Of a stretch of DNA of 64,000 nucleotides, positions 28,757 to 40,800 are shown in pieces. This DNA is from Vulcanimicrobiota bacterium (lineage in GTDB: Bacteria > Vulcanimicrobiota > Vulcanimicrobiia > Vulcanimicrobiales > Vulcanimicrobiaceae). The notes under the pieces were generated by a model. That model saw only the letters and a program-made list of their open reading frames with translations. It did no database searches and was not told the DNA's origin. The translations under genes and the position numbers were made by a program. Location: positions 640,001-704,000 of the forward strand of contig OY968762.1 in assembly GCA_963695225.1 (NCBI GenBank), given 5' to 3'. Position 1 is the first letter of the stretch, and every line of letters starts with the position of its first letter.

Positions 28757-30442
28757 TTGATCAAGCACGACGTCGTGGTCATCGGCGGCGGGCTCGCGGG
28801 AATGCGGGCCGCAGTCGAAGCGGCCGAACTCGGCGCTGACGTCGCCATCGTTTCAAAGCTGCATCCCGTGCGAAGCCACTCGGGCGCCGCGCAGGGCGGC
28901 ATCAACGCCGCCCTCGGCAACAGCGCCGACGACAGCACGGAGCAACACGCGTTCGATTGCGCGAAGGGCTCGGACTATCTGGGCGACCAGGATTCGATCG
29001 AGGCGATGGCCGAGGACGCGCCGCGTCAGATCGTGTGGCTCGAGCACCGCGGCTGCATCTTCTCGCGCCTCGCGGACGGCAAGATCGCGCAGCGCCCGTT
29101 CGGCGGCGCCGGGACGCCGCGTACGTGCTACTCGGCGGACGTGACGGGGCTCGTGATCCTGCACACGCTGTGGGAGCAGCTCGAACGCTTCAACATCAAG
29201 GTCTACGAAGAGTATTTCGCGACCGCGCTCTGTATCGAGGACGGCGTCGGGACCGGCGTCGTCGCTTACAACATGCGCAACGGCAAGCTCGAACTCGTCA
29301 CCGCGAAGGCCACGATCTTCGCGACCGGCGGCCTCGGCCGCGTCTACCGGAAGACGACGAACGGATACGCCTCCACCGGCGACGGCATGTCGATCGCGTA
29401 CCGGGCGGGCATACCGCTGATGGATATGGAGTTCGTCCAGTTCCACCCGACCTCGCTGAAGGTCAACGGCGTGCTCCTCTCGGAAGCCGCCCGCGGTGAA
29501 GGCGCCTACCTCCTCAATAGCGAGGGCGAGCGCTTCATGTTCAAGTACGCGCCGAACAAGGGCGAACTCGCCTCGCGCGACGTCGTCTCGCGCGCCGAAT
29601 GGACCGAGATCCTCGAAGGCCGCGGCGTCAACGGCTGCGTCTTCCTCGATCTGCGCCACCTGGGCCGCGAGAAGATCCTCGAGCGCCTCCCGCAGATTCG
29701 CGAGCTCGCGCTCGACGCGACGGGGATCGATGCGATCGACGCGCCGATTCCGATCCTGCCGGGTATGCACTACGCGATGGGCGGCATCGAGACCGACAAG
29801 TTCGGCGCGACGCGCGTCCCCGGCGTCTACGCCGCCGGCGAAGTCGCCTGCGTCAGCGTGCACGGCGCGAATCGCCTGGGCGGCAACTCGCTGCTCGATA
29901 CGATCGTCTTCGGCGCACGCTCCGCCCGGCATGCAGTCGACTACGTCAAATCGGCCGGCGACGTGCGCCCCTCCGAACGGACGCTCAAGAGCGAGCAGGA
30001 CCGCATCAAGGGCATTCTCGCGCGCGAGGGCGGCCCGCGCCACACCGAAGTGCGCAAGCTGGTCAACGACGCGATGAGCGATCACGCGTTCATCTTCCGT
30101 AATGAAACGGAGCTCACGGCGGGCATGCAGGCGCTGCGCCAGGCCCGCGAAGCAGCGCAGACGATGACGGTCATGGACAAGTCGAAGACGTTCAATACGG
30201 ACCTCGTCACGTTGCTCGAGACCGAGTTCATCACGGACGTCGCGCAGCCGATCATGCTCGGCGCGCTCAATCGCAAGGAGTCGCGCGGCGCGCAATCCCG
30301 CACGGACTTCCCGGACCGCGACGACGAGAACTGGACCGTCCACACGCTGATGCGCTACGAGGGGCCGGTCGCGGACCCGACTCCCGATTACTCCCGCAAG
30401 GTGGTCTTCACCAAATATCCTCCGCAGGTGAGAACGTACTAG
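28757..30442 (+). CDS. sdhA: Succinate dehydrogenase/fumarate reductase flavoprotein
   Basis: [42 protein letters not shown]. Confidence 0.95.
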   Translation: MIKHDVVVIGGGLAGMRAAVEAAELGADVAIVSKLHPVRSHSGAAQGGINAALGNSADDSTEQHAFDCAKGSDYLGDQDSIEAMAEDAPRQIVWLEHRGCIFSRLADGKIAQRPFGGAGTPRTCYSADVTGLVILHTLWEQLERFNIKVYEEYFATALCIEDGVGTGVVAYNMRNGKLELVTAKATIFATGGLGRVYRKTTNGYASTGDGMSIAYRAGIPLMDMEFVQFHPTSLKVNGVLLSEAARGEGAYLLNSEGERFMFKYAPNKGELASRDVVSRAEWTEILEGRGVNGCVFLDLRHLGREKILERLPQIRELALDATGIDAIDAPIPILPGMHYAMGGIETDKFGATRVPGVYAAGEVACVSVHGANRLGGNSLLDTIVFGARSARHAVDYVKSAGDVRPSERTLKSEQDRIKGILAREGGPRHTEVRKLVNDAMSDHAFIFRNETELTAGMQALRQAREAAQTMTVMDKSKTFNTDLVTLLETEFITDVAQPIMLGALNRKESRGAQSRTDFPDRDDENWTVHTLMRYEGPVADPTPDYSRKVVFTKYPPQVRTY

Positions 30443-31399
30443 ATGGAACTGACGCTCGATATCTTCCGCTACGACCCCGACGTGGATGCCGTCCCGCATC
30501 GCGATAAGATCAAGCTCGACGTGCCCGAGGGCTCGACCGTCCTCGACGCGCTCGAGCAGGCCAAGGCCGAGGTCGACGGCACGCTCTCGTTCCGCCGTTC
30601 CTGCCGCTCGGCGATCTGCGGTTCGTGCTCGATGAACATCAACGGCGTGACCGGCCTCGTCTGCAAGACGCCGGTCCGCAACGTCATGAAGGCGGACGGG
30701 TCGATCAAGATCGACCCGATGCCGAACTTCCAGCCGATGCGCGATCTCGCGGTCCACATGGATCCGTTCTGGGACAAGTACTCGCGCCTCAAGCCCTATC
30801 TGCAGCCTGCCGACAAAGATTCCGACCACGAGCGCGAACGGCGCGTCTCGCCGGAGGACATGAAGAAGCTCGTCCTGGTCGCGAACTGCATCATGTGTGC
30901 GACCTGCTACGCGCTCTGCCCCGTCGTCAGCGTCGATCCGTCCTTTGCGGGCCCCGCCGCGATCGCGTACGCGTACCGCTTCATCGAAGACGTGCGCGAT
31001 TCCAAGCGCAAGTCTCGCGCCGCGCAGATCAGCGCCGATTACCTCTGGCTCTGCGCCCACTGTTACGCGTGCTCGTACTGCCCGAAGGGCGTCGAGCCGA
31101 ACGACCGGATCATCGATACGAAGCGCGCGACGATCGAAGAGGGGCTGACGAACGCCGCCGGCCCACGCCATGCGCTCGTCGTCGCCAAGACGATCAAGCA
31201 GACGGGCATGTTGCACGAGACCGAAGTCATTCAAGGGACGGTCGGCCGTTTCAACTTCAGCGGATTGCTGAAGGTCATGCCGCTCGGATTACGGATGCTC
31301 TCGCGCGGAAAGCTCCCGCCGCTGGTCATCCACCCCGTGCCGAAGGCGGATGAGATCCGCACCATCTTCAACGCGCTGGAGGTCCCGGTAGGCTCATGA
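30443..31399 (+). CDS. sdhB: Succinate dehydrogenase/fumarate reductase iron-sulfur subunit, extended C-terminus
   Basis: SCRSAICGSC, CIMCATCYALCP, CAHCYACSYCP. Confidence 0.92.
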   Translation: MELTLDIFRYDPDVDAVPHRDKIKLDVPEGSTVLDALEQAKAEVDGTLSFRRSCRSAICGSCSMNINGVTGLVCKTPVRNVMKADGSIKIDPMPNFQPMRDLAVHMDPFWDKYSRLKPYLQPADKDSDHERERRVSPEDMKKLVLVANCIMCATCYALCPVVSVDPSFAGPAAIAYAYRFIEDVRDSKRKSRAAQISADYLWLCAHCYACSYCPKGVEPNDRIIDTKRATIEEGLTNAAGPRHALVVAKTIKQTGMLHETEVIQGTVGRFNFSGLLKVMPLGLRMLSRGKLPPLVIHPVPKADEIRTIFNALEVPVGS

Positions 31400-32349
31400 C
31401 GACGAACATCGATACGACGGCCGCCCCGAAGCTGCATTCGAAATCCGCGCAGACGAAACGCTACGGCTTCTTCCCCGGTTGCGTCGCGAAGGAATCCTGT
31501 ACCGAACTCTTCAACTCGACGCTGCTCCTCGCCGACAAGCTCGGCATCGAACTCGTCGAGCTGACGGCGGCCTCGTGCTGCGGCGCCTCCGTGCTCAACG
31601 ACGTCAACCGCGACGTGGCCCGCGTCCTCAACGCGCGGACGTATGCGCAAGCCGAGGCGCTCGGCCTCGACGACGTCATCACGATCTGCTCGACGTGCAC
31701 GGGGCACATGCGCGCGGCGAACAAGGAACTGCTCGAAGACGAGCACCACATGGAGCACGCGAACGGCATCCTCGGAAAGTTCGGCGCGAAATACGCCGGA
31801 ACGGTCGCCGTCCGGCATCTCCTCTGGCTGCTCATCGACGACATCGGCCTCGACAAGCTCCGCTCGATGGTCGTGCATCCGTTGCGCGGGCTTCGCGTCG
31901 CGCCGTTCTACGGTTGCCACATCATCCGGCCGGAGAGCGTGAACGGCTGGGAATCCGCGCGGAATCCCCACTCGCTCGAAGACATCATCGAAGCGCTCGG
32001 CGGCGAAGCGGTCGATTATGCAGGCAAGACGCGCTGTTGCGGCTTCCACGTCCAACTCGAGAAGGACGGCATCGCGCCGAACATGGTCGGCCAAAACATG
32101 CGCATGGCCAAAGACAGCGGTGCGGAGGCCGTACTCACGCCTTGCCCGCTCTGCCATCTCGCGCTGGACGGCTATCAAGCGGATTCGGCCGCGCGCTGGG
32201 GGCGCACGGACCTTCCGACGTTCCACTTGCCGCAACTCGTCGCGCTGGCGCTCGGCGTCGACGCGGCGAAGCTCGGCCTCAAGCGGCACATCGTCTCGCC
32301 CGGCCACGTGCTGCAAGCGCACCAACTCGCCCCGATGCACGTCGGATGA
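31396..32349 (+). CDS. HdrB-like CCG-domain subunit (type E SDH anchor, SdhE/SdhC-like)
   Basis: FFPGC, SCCG, CSTC, FYGC, RCCG, PCPLC; ATGA overlap with sdhB; no transmembrane cytochrome b gene in the operon. Confidence 0.88.
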   Translation: MTTNIDTTAAPKLHSKSAQTKRYGFFPGCVAKESCTELFNSTLLLADKLGIELVELTAASCCGASVLNDVNRDVARVLNARTYAQAEALGLDDVITICSTCTGHMRAANKELLEDEHHMEHANGILGKFGAKYAGTVAVRHLLWLLIDDIGLDKLRSMVVHPLRGLRVAPFYGCHIIRPESVNGWESARNPHSLEDIIEALGGEAVDYAGKTRCCGFHVQLEKDGIAPNMVGQNMRMAKDSGAEAVLTPCPLCHLALDGYQADSAARWGRTDLPTFHLPQLVALALGVDAAKLGLKRHIVSPGHVLQAHQLAPMHVG

Positions 32350-32438
32350 AGTAACTACTTCCGCATCGCGCGCGCTCGCGCACGCTTCCGACTTTCGACG
32401 CTAGCATGCTGCGATGTTCCATGGTAGAGTCGGCGGGC

Positions 32439-33632
32439 ATGGGAGCGAAGGCAAGCCAGCGGCTGCTCGTCATAGGGCAGCCGCTTTTTCTTCAGAGATT
32501 GCATCCGCTGACCGACGAGCTCGCACGGAGGGTCGGCGCGCTCGACGTCACGGCGATCGAGCCGCCCGGAGCCGAACGGACGCGACGGTTCGTGCGCCCG
32601 CTCCGCGGAGCTTGGCGGCGGGCAAAGTCGACGTTCCCGCTCGCCGCTTCGCTTGCGAGCGCGTATCGGGCGAGATCGCAGGGTCCCGCAGCCTTCCTCG
32701 CACGGAGCGAACGAGCGCGGCGAGCGATCCTGGAGCGAACGCCCGAACCCGACGTCGTCCTTCAGATCTTCTCGCTTTTTTCGGCGCACTATCGCGGCGC
32801 GCGCTTCCGGCACGCCGCGTACTTGGACTACACGACCGCGCTCGCGCGGCGGCGCTGGCCGGCGTGGGCCCGAGCGGACTCCGAGGCGGAGTTTGACGCC
32901 TGGCTCGAACTCGAGCGAGCGCTCTACCGCGGGGCGGCCAGGCTCTTCCCGGCGAGCGAGGTGGTGAGGGACTCCCTCGTGAGGGACTACGGTGCCGAGC
33001 CGCACCGCATCACGGTCGTCGGCGCCTCGGGAGAGTTCTCCGAGCCGTACTCCGGAACGAAGGCGTACGGGACTCAGCGCCTGATCTTCAACGGTTCCGA
33101 TTTCTCGCGCAAACGCGGCGACCTCGTCGTGGCCGCGTTCGAGCAAGTGCGCAGCACCTTTCCCGCGGCGACGCTGACGGTCGTGGGAGACTGTCCGTGT
33201 CCGCGCCGGCCGGGCATCGACGTCCGCGGCGCCGTCGCGCGTCCGGAACTGGACCGTCTGCTCGGCTCGGCGGACGTACTGCTGGCGCCGAGCGATTGCG
33301 ATCCGTTCCCGGGCTTCGTGATCGAGGGGATGAACTTCGGAGCCGTCCCGATCGTCTCCGCAGCCGACGGCCTTCCCGAGATCGTTCGGCAGGGCGAGAC
33401 CGGCTTCGTCGTCCCGGAACCGACGCCCGAGAGCCTCGCCGGCCACGTCAAAACCTTGTTCGCGGACCCCGATCTCCAGCGCCGGATGTCCGACGCGAGC
33501 CGCCGCCGCGTCGCGGAACGCTTCCTCTGGTCGCACGTCGCCGGCGCGATCGTGTCGACCCTCGAACTCGCGGGAGCAGCGGCCGGGCGCGAAGGGATCC
33601 CGAGCGCGGCGCAAGGCGTGCCGGCGACGTGA
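32439..33632 (+). CDS. Glycosyltransferase family 4 (GT-B)
   Basis: RKRG, ADVLLAPS..DPFPGFVIEGM, GLPEIVRQGETG. Confidence 0.85.
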   Translation: MGAKASQRLLVIGQPLFLQRLHPLTDELARRVGALDVTAIEPPGAERTRRFVRPLRGAWRRAKSTFPLAASLASAYRARSQGPAAFLARSERARRAILERTPEPDVVLQIFSLFSAHYRGARFRHAAYLDYTTALARRRWPAWARADSEAEFDAWLELERALYRGAARLFPASEVVRDSLVRDYGAEPHRITVVGASGEFSEPYSGTKAYGTQRLIFNGSDFSRKRGDLVVAAFEQVRSTFPAATLTVVGDCPCPRRPGIDVRGAVARPELDRLLGSADVLLAPSDCDPFPGFVIEGMNFGAVPIVSAADGLPEIVRQGETGFVVPEPTPESLAGHVKTLFADPDLQRRMSDASRRRVAERFLWSHVAGAIVSTLELAGAAAGREGIPSAAQGVPAT

Positions 33633-34330
33633 GCCCGGCGGCCACCGTCGAGATTTGGAGCGCCGATCTCTCCCGGTTCCCCGGTCCCGTGGAGCACCTC
33701 GTCGAGCGCCTCTCCGAAGACGAGCGGGACCGGCTCGAATCCCGGCGCGGGCCCGGCGTGCGGCGGCTCTTCCTGCTGCGCCGGGCGATGCTGCGCCGAA
33801 TCCTCTGTCCGGATCGGAACGCGGCCTCGCCCTTCGACTATGGGCCGCATGGGAAGCCCTCGCTCGCCGGGCCCGGCGCGCCCCGCTTCAACCTCTCGCA
33901 TGCCGGGGGGTTCAGCGTTCTCGCCCTCTGGCGCGGAGGTGAAATCGGCGTCGACGTCGCGCTCGAGGAGGACTTGCCGGACCTGGACCGCCTCGTCACG
34001 CGCGCGTTCGGTCGCGACGAGCGGGCGCGCTTCGAGGAGCTGCCGCCGAGCCTCCGTCTGGGGGCCTTCTACAGCGCCTGGACGCAGAAGGAGGCGCTCC
34101 TCAAAGCCCTCGGCACGGGCCTCTCGCTCGAACCGGACCTCTTCGCCGTCGAGGTCGATCCGCGCGCCGCGCCGCGGTTGCGCTCCTCGCTCACGCCCTT
34201 GCTCCTCCCCGAGCGCTGGGAACTCCACGCCCTTTCGCTTCCCAGCCCCTATCGCGGCGCGCTGGCGCTCGAAGGCGGCGCGCACGCCACGCTGCGCTAC
34301 CTCCCGTTCGACGTGCTCTCCCTCGCGTAG
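33629..34330 (+). CDS. 4'-phosphopantetheinyl transferase (Sfp type)
   Basis: GPHGKP, FNLSH, IGVDV, WTQKEALLKALGTG; GTGA overlap with the glycosyltransferase. Confidence 0.9.
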   Translation: MSPAATVEIWSADLSRFPGPVEHLVERLSEDERDRLESRRGPGVRRLFLLRRAMLRRILCPDRNAASPFDYGPHGKPSLAGPGAPRFNLSHAGGFSVLALWRGGEIGVDVALEEDLPDLDRLVTRAFGRDERARFEELPPSLRLGAFYSAWTQKEALLKALGTGLSLEPDLFAVEVDPRAAPRLRSSLTPLLLPERWELHALSLPSPYRGALALEGGAHATLRYLPFDVLSLA

Positions 34331-34417
34331 CAACGCCGGACCACCCTCGGCCCATAGGTCGAACGAACCAGCCTCGCCAACGAAGGAATCTGTTTCCCGA
34401 CCGGACGCTGCGCTAGC

Positions 34418-37400
34418 ATGGAGGGCGTGGGAGTGACGGAACGGCGTTCCTTTTCAAGGCCGCTTGGGCAGCGCTTATGGGGCGATGCCCCACGCGCGAT
34501 TCCGCCGTTGCTCGCCGCCCCGGCTCAGGCGATCTATCCGCTCACTCAAGGGCAAGAACAGCTCTGGATCGTCGACGTTCTCGGCGGCAACCGATCCGTC
34601 TACAACGTCTGTCAGGCCTATGCGCTGCGCGGCGAACTCGACACTGCGGCGTTGCGGCGCGCCCTTGCGGCCCTCGTCGAGCGGCATCAATCGCTGCGCT
34701 TGCGCTTCGTCGAACGGGACGGGCGCCCCATCATGTCGGTCGACCCGTCCGCGACCCTCACGCTCGCCGAAGTCGACTTACGGCGGCGCGCGAGCGAACT
34801 GGCGGTGCGGTTAGATTCGGAGGCGCGCGCGCCGTTCGATTTGGGACGGGCGCCGCTTCTGCGCGTGACGCTGTATCGTCTGGGCGAGGCCGAGTACGCG
34901 CTGCAGTTCACCTCGCAGCACTTGATCGAAGACGGCGCGACGCGCGGCACGATCGCGCGGGATCTCGGCCGCCTCTACGAGGAAATCGCCTTGGGAGGAC
35001 CGCCGCTCGCGCCGCTCGCGCTGCAATTCGGCGATTTCGCGTTGTGGCAGCGTGCCGTCCTCGAAGGTGAAGCGCTCGAGAAGCAGCGCGCCTTCTGGCG
35101 CGACGCGCTCGCGCTCCCGCGCGGCTATGCGGAGTTCCCGGCGGATCGCCCGCGAGGAGCCGTCGACGATCATCGCGGCGCGCGGTATCGGCACCAGATC
35201 GACGCTCGAACGCTCGAGCGAGTCCGCGCGCTCGGCCGCGCGCACGGCGCATCGACGTTCATGACGCTCGCCGCCGCCTACCTCGCGCTCCTCCACCGCT
35301 ATAGCGGCGAAACCGATACGATCGTCGGCTTCCCGACTGCCGGGCGAATGCTCCCGGAAACGGCCCCCATCGCCGGCTGCTTCGTGAACACCCTCGCATT
35401 GCGCGCGGACTTCTCCGGCGATCCCACGTTTCGCGCCCACCTCGAACGCGTGCGCGATTTCGCCCTCGAAGCGTACGATAACCAAGACCTGCCCTTCAAC
35501 CGGATCATCGAGGATCTCGGAGGCGATCGGAGTCTCGCCCGCGCTCCGCTCTTCTCGACCATGATCTCGCTCGTCGAACGGGACCGCGGGACGCTGGCCC
35601 TCCCCGGGCTCGAGGTCACCCCGCTCGAGGTCGACGCCGGCGTCGCAGTCTCGGATCTCCGGCTCGAACTCCGCGAAGCGGCGGGCGGCCTCTCCGCCTT
35701 CTTCGAGTACAACCGGGCGCTCTTCGAGCGCGCCACGGTCGCGCGAATCGCGCGTCACTTCGAAGCCCTGCTGCGCGCGGTCCTGGACGACCCGGACCTG
35801 CCGGTCTCGCGCGTCCGGCTCCTCGACGAAGCCGAGCGGGGCGCGATCCTCGCCCTCGGCTCCGGGGATTTCCAGACGTCTTCTCCGGTGCGGCCGTTCC
35901 ACGAGCTCTTCGAAGAGCAAGCGGCTCGAACGCCTGACCGGCTCGCACTCGAATTCGGCGACGAGCGCCTCGATTATCGCGAGCTCGATGCGCGCGCGAA
36001 CGCCCTGGCGCGCGAATTGCGCGATGCCGGAGCCGCGCCGGGCTCCGTCGTCGGCGCGTGCTTTGAGCGGTCGACCGAGTTGCTCGTCGCGTTGCTCGCC
36101 ATCCTCAAAGCGGGCGCCGCGTTCTTGCCGCTCGACACCTCGCTTCCGGGCGAACGCGTGCGCTTCATGCTGGAAGAGACCGGGTCGAAGATCGTCCTAG
36201 CGCGGCGGGCCGAGAGCGCGCGCCTGGCCGGGATCGATGCGACGCTCCTGCTCGTCGATGCGCGCCCGCCCGATGCGGGCCCCACGCCGAATGCCGGGAA
36301 CCTCGGCATCCGCCTCGAGCCCGAGGCACTCGCCTACGTGCTCTATACATCCGGCTCGACGGGCCGCCCCAAGGGCGTGCTGCTGCCGCAGCGAGCATTC
36401 TCGAATCATATGCTCTGGATGCGCGACGCGGGCCTCGTACGCGCGGACGATCGTGCCTTGCAGAAGACGCCGATCGGCTTCGACGTCGCACTCTGGGAGT
36501 GTTTCGCTCCGCTGCTCGCGGGCGCGTGCGTCGTGCTCGCCGATCCGGACGCGCACAAGGACCCGGCTGCAATCGTCGAGGCGATCATCGAACGCCGCAT
36601 TACCGTCACGAGCTTCGTCCCCGCGATGCTGCGGCTCGTCGTCGAAGATCCGCGTTTGCCGGAATGCGAAACCCTCCGGCGCGTCCTTTCGGCCGGGGAG
36701 GCGCTGCCGCTCGAGGTCGCGCGCCGCTTCGCCGAGCGTTCCGGGGCGGAGCTGCACAATCTCTACGGCCCGACGGAGACGACGATCCACTCGACGGCAT
36801 GGCTCTTCGATCCGAACGCCGAGCGGGTGCTGATCGGACGGCCGATCTCCCGTACCGTCGCCTACGTCCTCGACGCCTGGGGCGAGCCCGCGCCGCTGGG
36901 CGTCGCGGGAGAGCTCTGCATCGGCGGAGCCGGCGTCGCATTGGGGTATCTCGCCCGCCCGGAGCTGACCGCCGCAGCGTTCGTCGACGACAGGTTCGCA
37001 GGCGCCGGGAAGCTGTACCGGACCGGGGACCGCGCGCGCATGCTGCCGGACGGAAACCTGGAGTATCTGGGCCGGCGCGACCGGCAAGTGAAGCTGCGGG
37101 GCTTGCGTATCGAACCCGGCGAGATCGAGTCGGTGCTGGCGGCCCATCCGGGCGTCAGCGAAGCGGCGGTCGTCGTCTACGAGCTCGCCGAAGCCGGCCC
37201 GACGCTCGCGGCCTACGTCGCGATGCGCTCGGGCGCGACGCTCGACGCGAAAGCGTTACGTGCCCACGCGGCGGAACGGCTCCCCGATTACATGCTGCCG
37301 GCCCTGTGGACGCCGCTCGCCGCCTTGCCGAAGACGACCGGCGGGAAGATCGACTATCGGGCGTTTCCGCCCCCGGCGGGCATCGCAAGCGCGAACGGCG

Positions 37401-37780
37401 ACCCGCCGCAGGGCGCCACGGAGTGCGCGATCGCCGAGGTCTGGAGCGAGTTGCTCGGGCGGAACGACGTAGGTAGAGGCGAGAGCTTCTTCGCCCTCGG
37501 CGGCCATTCGCTGCTCGCGATGCGGGCTCTGTCGCGCATTAACCAGCGCTTCGGCGTGACGCTCGGGTTCGCCGCGTTCTTTCGGGAGCCGACGATCGCG
37601 GCGCTCGGCGCCGAGATCGCGCGTCTGCTGGCAAGTGCGACCGCGCCGGACTCCTCCGAAAACGAACGGATCGAGGAGCTGCTCGATCCGGCGGAGCTTG
37701 CCGAGATCCGCGCGCAACTCGCGCAGCTCGACGACGACGCGATCGAGACGCTTCTGCTGCAAGCGCTCGGCGAAACCTGA
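34418..37780 (+). CDS. Non-ribosomal peptide synthetase, C-A-T
   Basis: C domain QHLIEDG; A domain YTSGSTGRPKG, NLYGPTE, YRTGD; T domain FFALGGHSL. Confidence 0.92.
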   Translation: MEGVGVTERRSFSRPLGQRLWGDAPRAIPPLLAAPAQAIYPLTQGQEQLWIVDVLGGNRSVYNVCQAYALRGELDTAALRRALAALVERHQSLRLRFVERDGRPIMSVDPSATLTLAEVDLRRRASELAVRLDSEARAPFDLGRAPLLRVTLYRLGEAEYALQFTSQHLIEDGATRGTIARDLGRLYEEIALGGPPLAPLALQFGDFALWQRAVLEGEALEKQRAFWRDALALPRGYAEFPADRPRGAVDDHRGARYRHQIDARTLERVRALGRAHGASTFMTLAAAYLALLHRYSGETDTIVGFPTAGRMLPETAPIAGCFVNTLALRADFSGDPTFRAHLERVRDFALEAYDNQDLPFNRIIEDLGGDRSLARAPLFSTMISLVERDRGTLALPGLEVTPLEVDAGVAVSDLRLELREAAGGLSAFFEYNRALFERATVARIARHFEALLRAVLDDPDLPVSRVRLLDEAERGAILALGSGDFQTSSPVRPFHELFEEQAARTPDRLALEFGDERLDYRELDARANALARELRDAGAAPGSVVGACFERSTELLVALLAILKAGAAFLPLDTSLPGERVRFMLEETGSKIVLARRAESARLAGIDATLLLVDARPPDAGPTPNAGNLGIRLEPEALAYVLYTSGSTGRPKGVLLPQRAFSNHMLWMRDAGLVRADDRALQKTPIGFDVALWECFAPLLAGACVVLADPDAHKDPAAIVEAIIERRITVTSFVPAMLRLVVEDPRLPECETLRRVLSAGEALPLEVARRFAERSGAELHNLYGPTETTIHSTAWLFDPNAERVLIGRPISRTVAYVLDAWGEPAPLGVAGELCIGGAGVALGYLARPELTAAAFVDDRFAGAGKLYRTGDRARMLPDGNLEYLGRRDRQVKLRGLRIEPGEIESVLAAHPGVSEAAVVVYELAEAGPTLAAYVAMRSGATLDAKALRAHAAERLPDYMLPALWTPLAALPKTTGGKIDYRAFPPPAGIASANGDPPQGATECAIAEVWSELLGRNDVGRGESFFALGGHSLLAMRALSRINQRFGVTLGFAAFFREPTIAALGAEIARLLASATAPDSSENERIEELLDPAELAEIRAQLAQLDDDAIETLLLQALGET

Positions 37781-37882
37781 ACTCAGCGGGGCACGTGGCC
37801 GCCTGCCCGTGGGACTTCGGGCCCTCGCGGGCCCGTGTGAGAAAAGTTAGGATCGGCTTACTGTCGCACCTTTGGGGATAGG

Positions 37883-40800
37883 ATGTTCCGGGGGAGGCTC
37901 ATGGTAGGCACCGTCGATTTTCCTACCTCGTTCTCACAAGAGCGGCTGTGGGTTCTCCAACACTTGGAACCTGGCGGGCGCGCGTATCAATTCCAGGCCT
38001 CCTTGACCTTCGACGGCGCGCTCGACGCCGAGGCGCTCGAGAGCAGCCTGCGCGACATCGTGCAACGGCACGACATCTTCCGCACGACCTTCCCCGGAAT
38101 CGACGGCCGTCCCGTTCAGCGCGTTCATGCCGACGCGCCGTTCGAACTTCCGCTCGTCGACCTTTCGGCATTCTCCTCGGAATCCGAAGTTCAAGCGCGC
38201 CTCCAAGCCGCGATCGCCGCCGAGGTAGAACGGCCATTCGATATCGAACGCCTTCCGCTCGTCCGCTGGACGCTCGTTCGCATCCGCCCCGACCGGCACG
38301 TCCTCACGCACGTCGAGCATCACCTCATCCACGACGGCTGGTCCTTCTACGTCTTCCTCGACGAATTGGCGACTCTCTATCGAGCGCACGCGAGCGGCGA
38401 ACGAGCGGTTCTGCCGCCGCTGGGGCTCACTTTCGGGGAGGTAGCGGCGCGCATGCGCTGTGCCGAAGAAACCCAGGCCTTCGCGGGGCAGCTCGCCTAT
38501 TGGCGCGGGCGCCTCGCCGGCGCGCAGCCCGCACTACAGCTTCCGGCCGACCGGATCCGCCCCGCGGTCCAGACGTACGAAGGCGCCTCGGTTTGGAGCG
38601 AAATCCCGCAAACGCTGCGGGCTTCGCTGTCGACCCTCGGGCAGCGGGAAGGCTGCACGCCGTTCATGACGATGTTCGCCGCCTTCACGGCGCTGCTCCA
38701 TCGATACACCGGCGAAAGCGATCTGTGCGTCGGGACCGGCGTCGCGGCGCGGGGTCCCGGGGAGGAACGCGCGCTCGGGATGCTCGTCAACAACGTCACG
38801 CTTCGGACGGATCTCTCCGGCGATCCCACGTTCGTCGAGTTGCTGCGGCGAGTTCGCACGACGACGCTCGATGCGTACGATCATCAAGACGTCCCCTTCG
38901 ATCGCGTCGTTCGAGCGGTCCGCCCGGTGCGGGACCGCGCGATCCACCCTCTCTATTCGGTCATGTTCAGCTTCCACGACAGTCCGGCGCCCGACTTGAG
39001 CGTCCCGGGTGCGACCGTAACGCTCACGCAAGCGCTCGATAACGACACGGCGAAGTTCGACCTCAACGTCATCGCGATTCCGAAGCCGAGCGGTTTGACG
39101 CTCCGCTGGGAATACAACAGCGATATCTTCGATCGCGAAACGATCTCCGCGCTGGCCGAGCATTATCGCCGTCTGCTCGAATCGATCCTCGACGAGCCCG
39201 ACCGCCGCATCTCGCGCCTCTCGCTGATGGGCGAAACCGAACGCCGCCGCATCCTCGACCTGCGCGGCGCGCAACGCCCATACGAACGCGACGGAAACGT
39301 TCCCGCGCTCTTCGCGCGGCAGGCGGCGAGCACGCCGCATGCGACGGCCCTCGAAACCGAGCAGGCCGCACTGACGTACGCGGAACTCGAAGAGCGCGCG
39401 AACCGGCTCGCGAACCACCTGCGCGCGCTCGGCGTCGGGCCGGAAACGACCGTGGGGCTCGCGCTCGAGCGCAGCGCCGAGATGGTCGTTGCGATTCTCG
39501 GGATCCTCAAGGCCGGCGGAGCGTATGTCCCGCTCGACGCGAGCTATCCGCGCGAACGGCTCTCGTTCATCCTGCGCGATTCCGGCGCGCGGTACATCGT
39601 CACCGAACGCGCGCTGCGCGAGCGACTACCGGCCGAAGGCGCGTTCGTCCTGAGCGTCGACGAGGACGCCAAGGCGATCGGCGCCGCCGCTTCGGCCGCG
39701 CCCGAGGCCGGTGTCGGCCCGGAATCCCTGGCGTACGTGATGTATACGTCCGGCTCGACGGGGAAGCCGAAGGGCGTCGCCGTCGTCCACCGCGGGATCG
39801 TGCGCCTGGCGCGCGGCACGGATTTCATCGAGATCGAACCGGACGACGTCTTCCTGCAACTCGCCCCGCTGGGCTTCGACGCCTCGACGTTCGAGATCTG
39901 GGGGCCGCTGCTCAACGGCGCGCGCCTCGCGATCGCCCCTGCCGGACCGCGCGGCCTGTTCGAACTCGGGCAGACGCTCGAGCGCTTCGGCGTGACGACG
40001 CTCTGGCTCACGGCCGCACTCTTCCATCAGATGGTCGATACGGATCTCGAGCGGCTGTGCGGCTTGCGCCGCCTGCTCGCCGGAGGCGACGTCGTTTCCC
40101 CCGCCCACGTCCGCCGCTTCCTCCGAGCCCATCCGCGCACGCAGTTCGTCAACGGCTACGGACCGACCGAGAACACGACGTTCAGTTGCTGTTATCCGGT
40201 TCCGTCGCTCGAAGCGGTCTCGGCGAGCCTTCCGATCGGCCGGCCGATTGCGAACTCGACGGCGTACGTGCTCGACCCGCACCGACAACCGCAGCCGCTC
40301 GGCGTCCCGGGCGAACTCTACGTCGGCGGCGACGGCCTTGCGCGCGGCTACGTCAACGCGCCCGCACTCACCGCCGAGCGCTTCGTTTCCGACCCGTTTT
40401 CGGAGGCGCACGATGCCCGGATGTATCGCACGGGAGACCGCGTTCGCTTCCGGCGCGACGGGCTCATCGAGTTCCTCGGGCGCTTGGACAACCAGGTGAA
40501 GATCCGCGGTTTCCGGATCGAGCCCAGCGAAATCGAAGTCGTTCTCCGCGCACACGCGGAAGTGCGCGAGGCGGCCGTCACCGTCGCCGAGCAGGCCGGC
40601 GAACGGACGCTCGTCGCCCACGTCCGGCTGGCTCCGGGTTCGCTCGCCGGCGAAGCGCAACTGCGGGCGTACCTGCGCACGAAGCTCCCCGAATACATGG
40701 TTCCGAGCCGGATCGCGATCGTCGAGCACCTCCCCTCGCATTCCAGCGGGAAGCTCGATCGCGCAGCCCTTTCGCAGATCGCTGCGACGCCGCGCCTCAC

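Noticed and set aside
31396..32349. Heterodisulfide reductase as a sign of methanogen-type metabolism
   Set aside because: Coupled to sdhAB with no hdrA; fits a CCG-type complex II anchor
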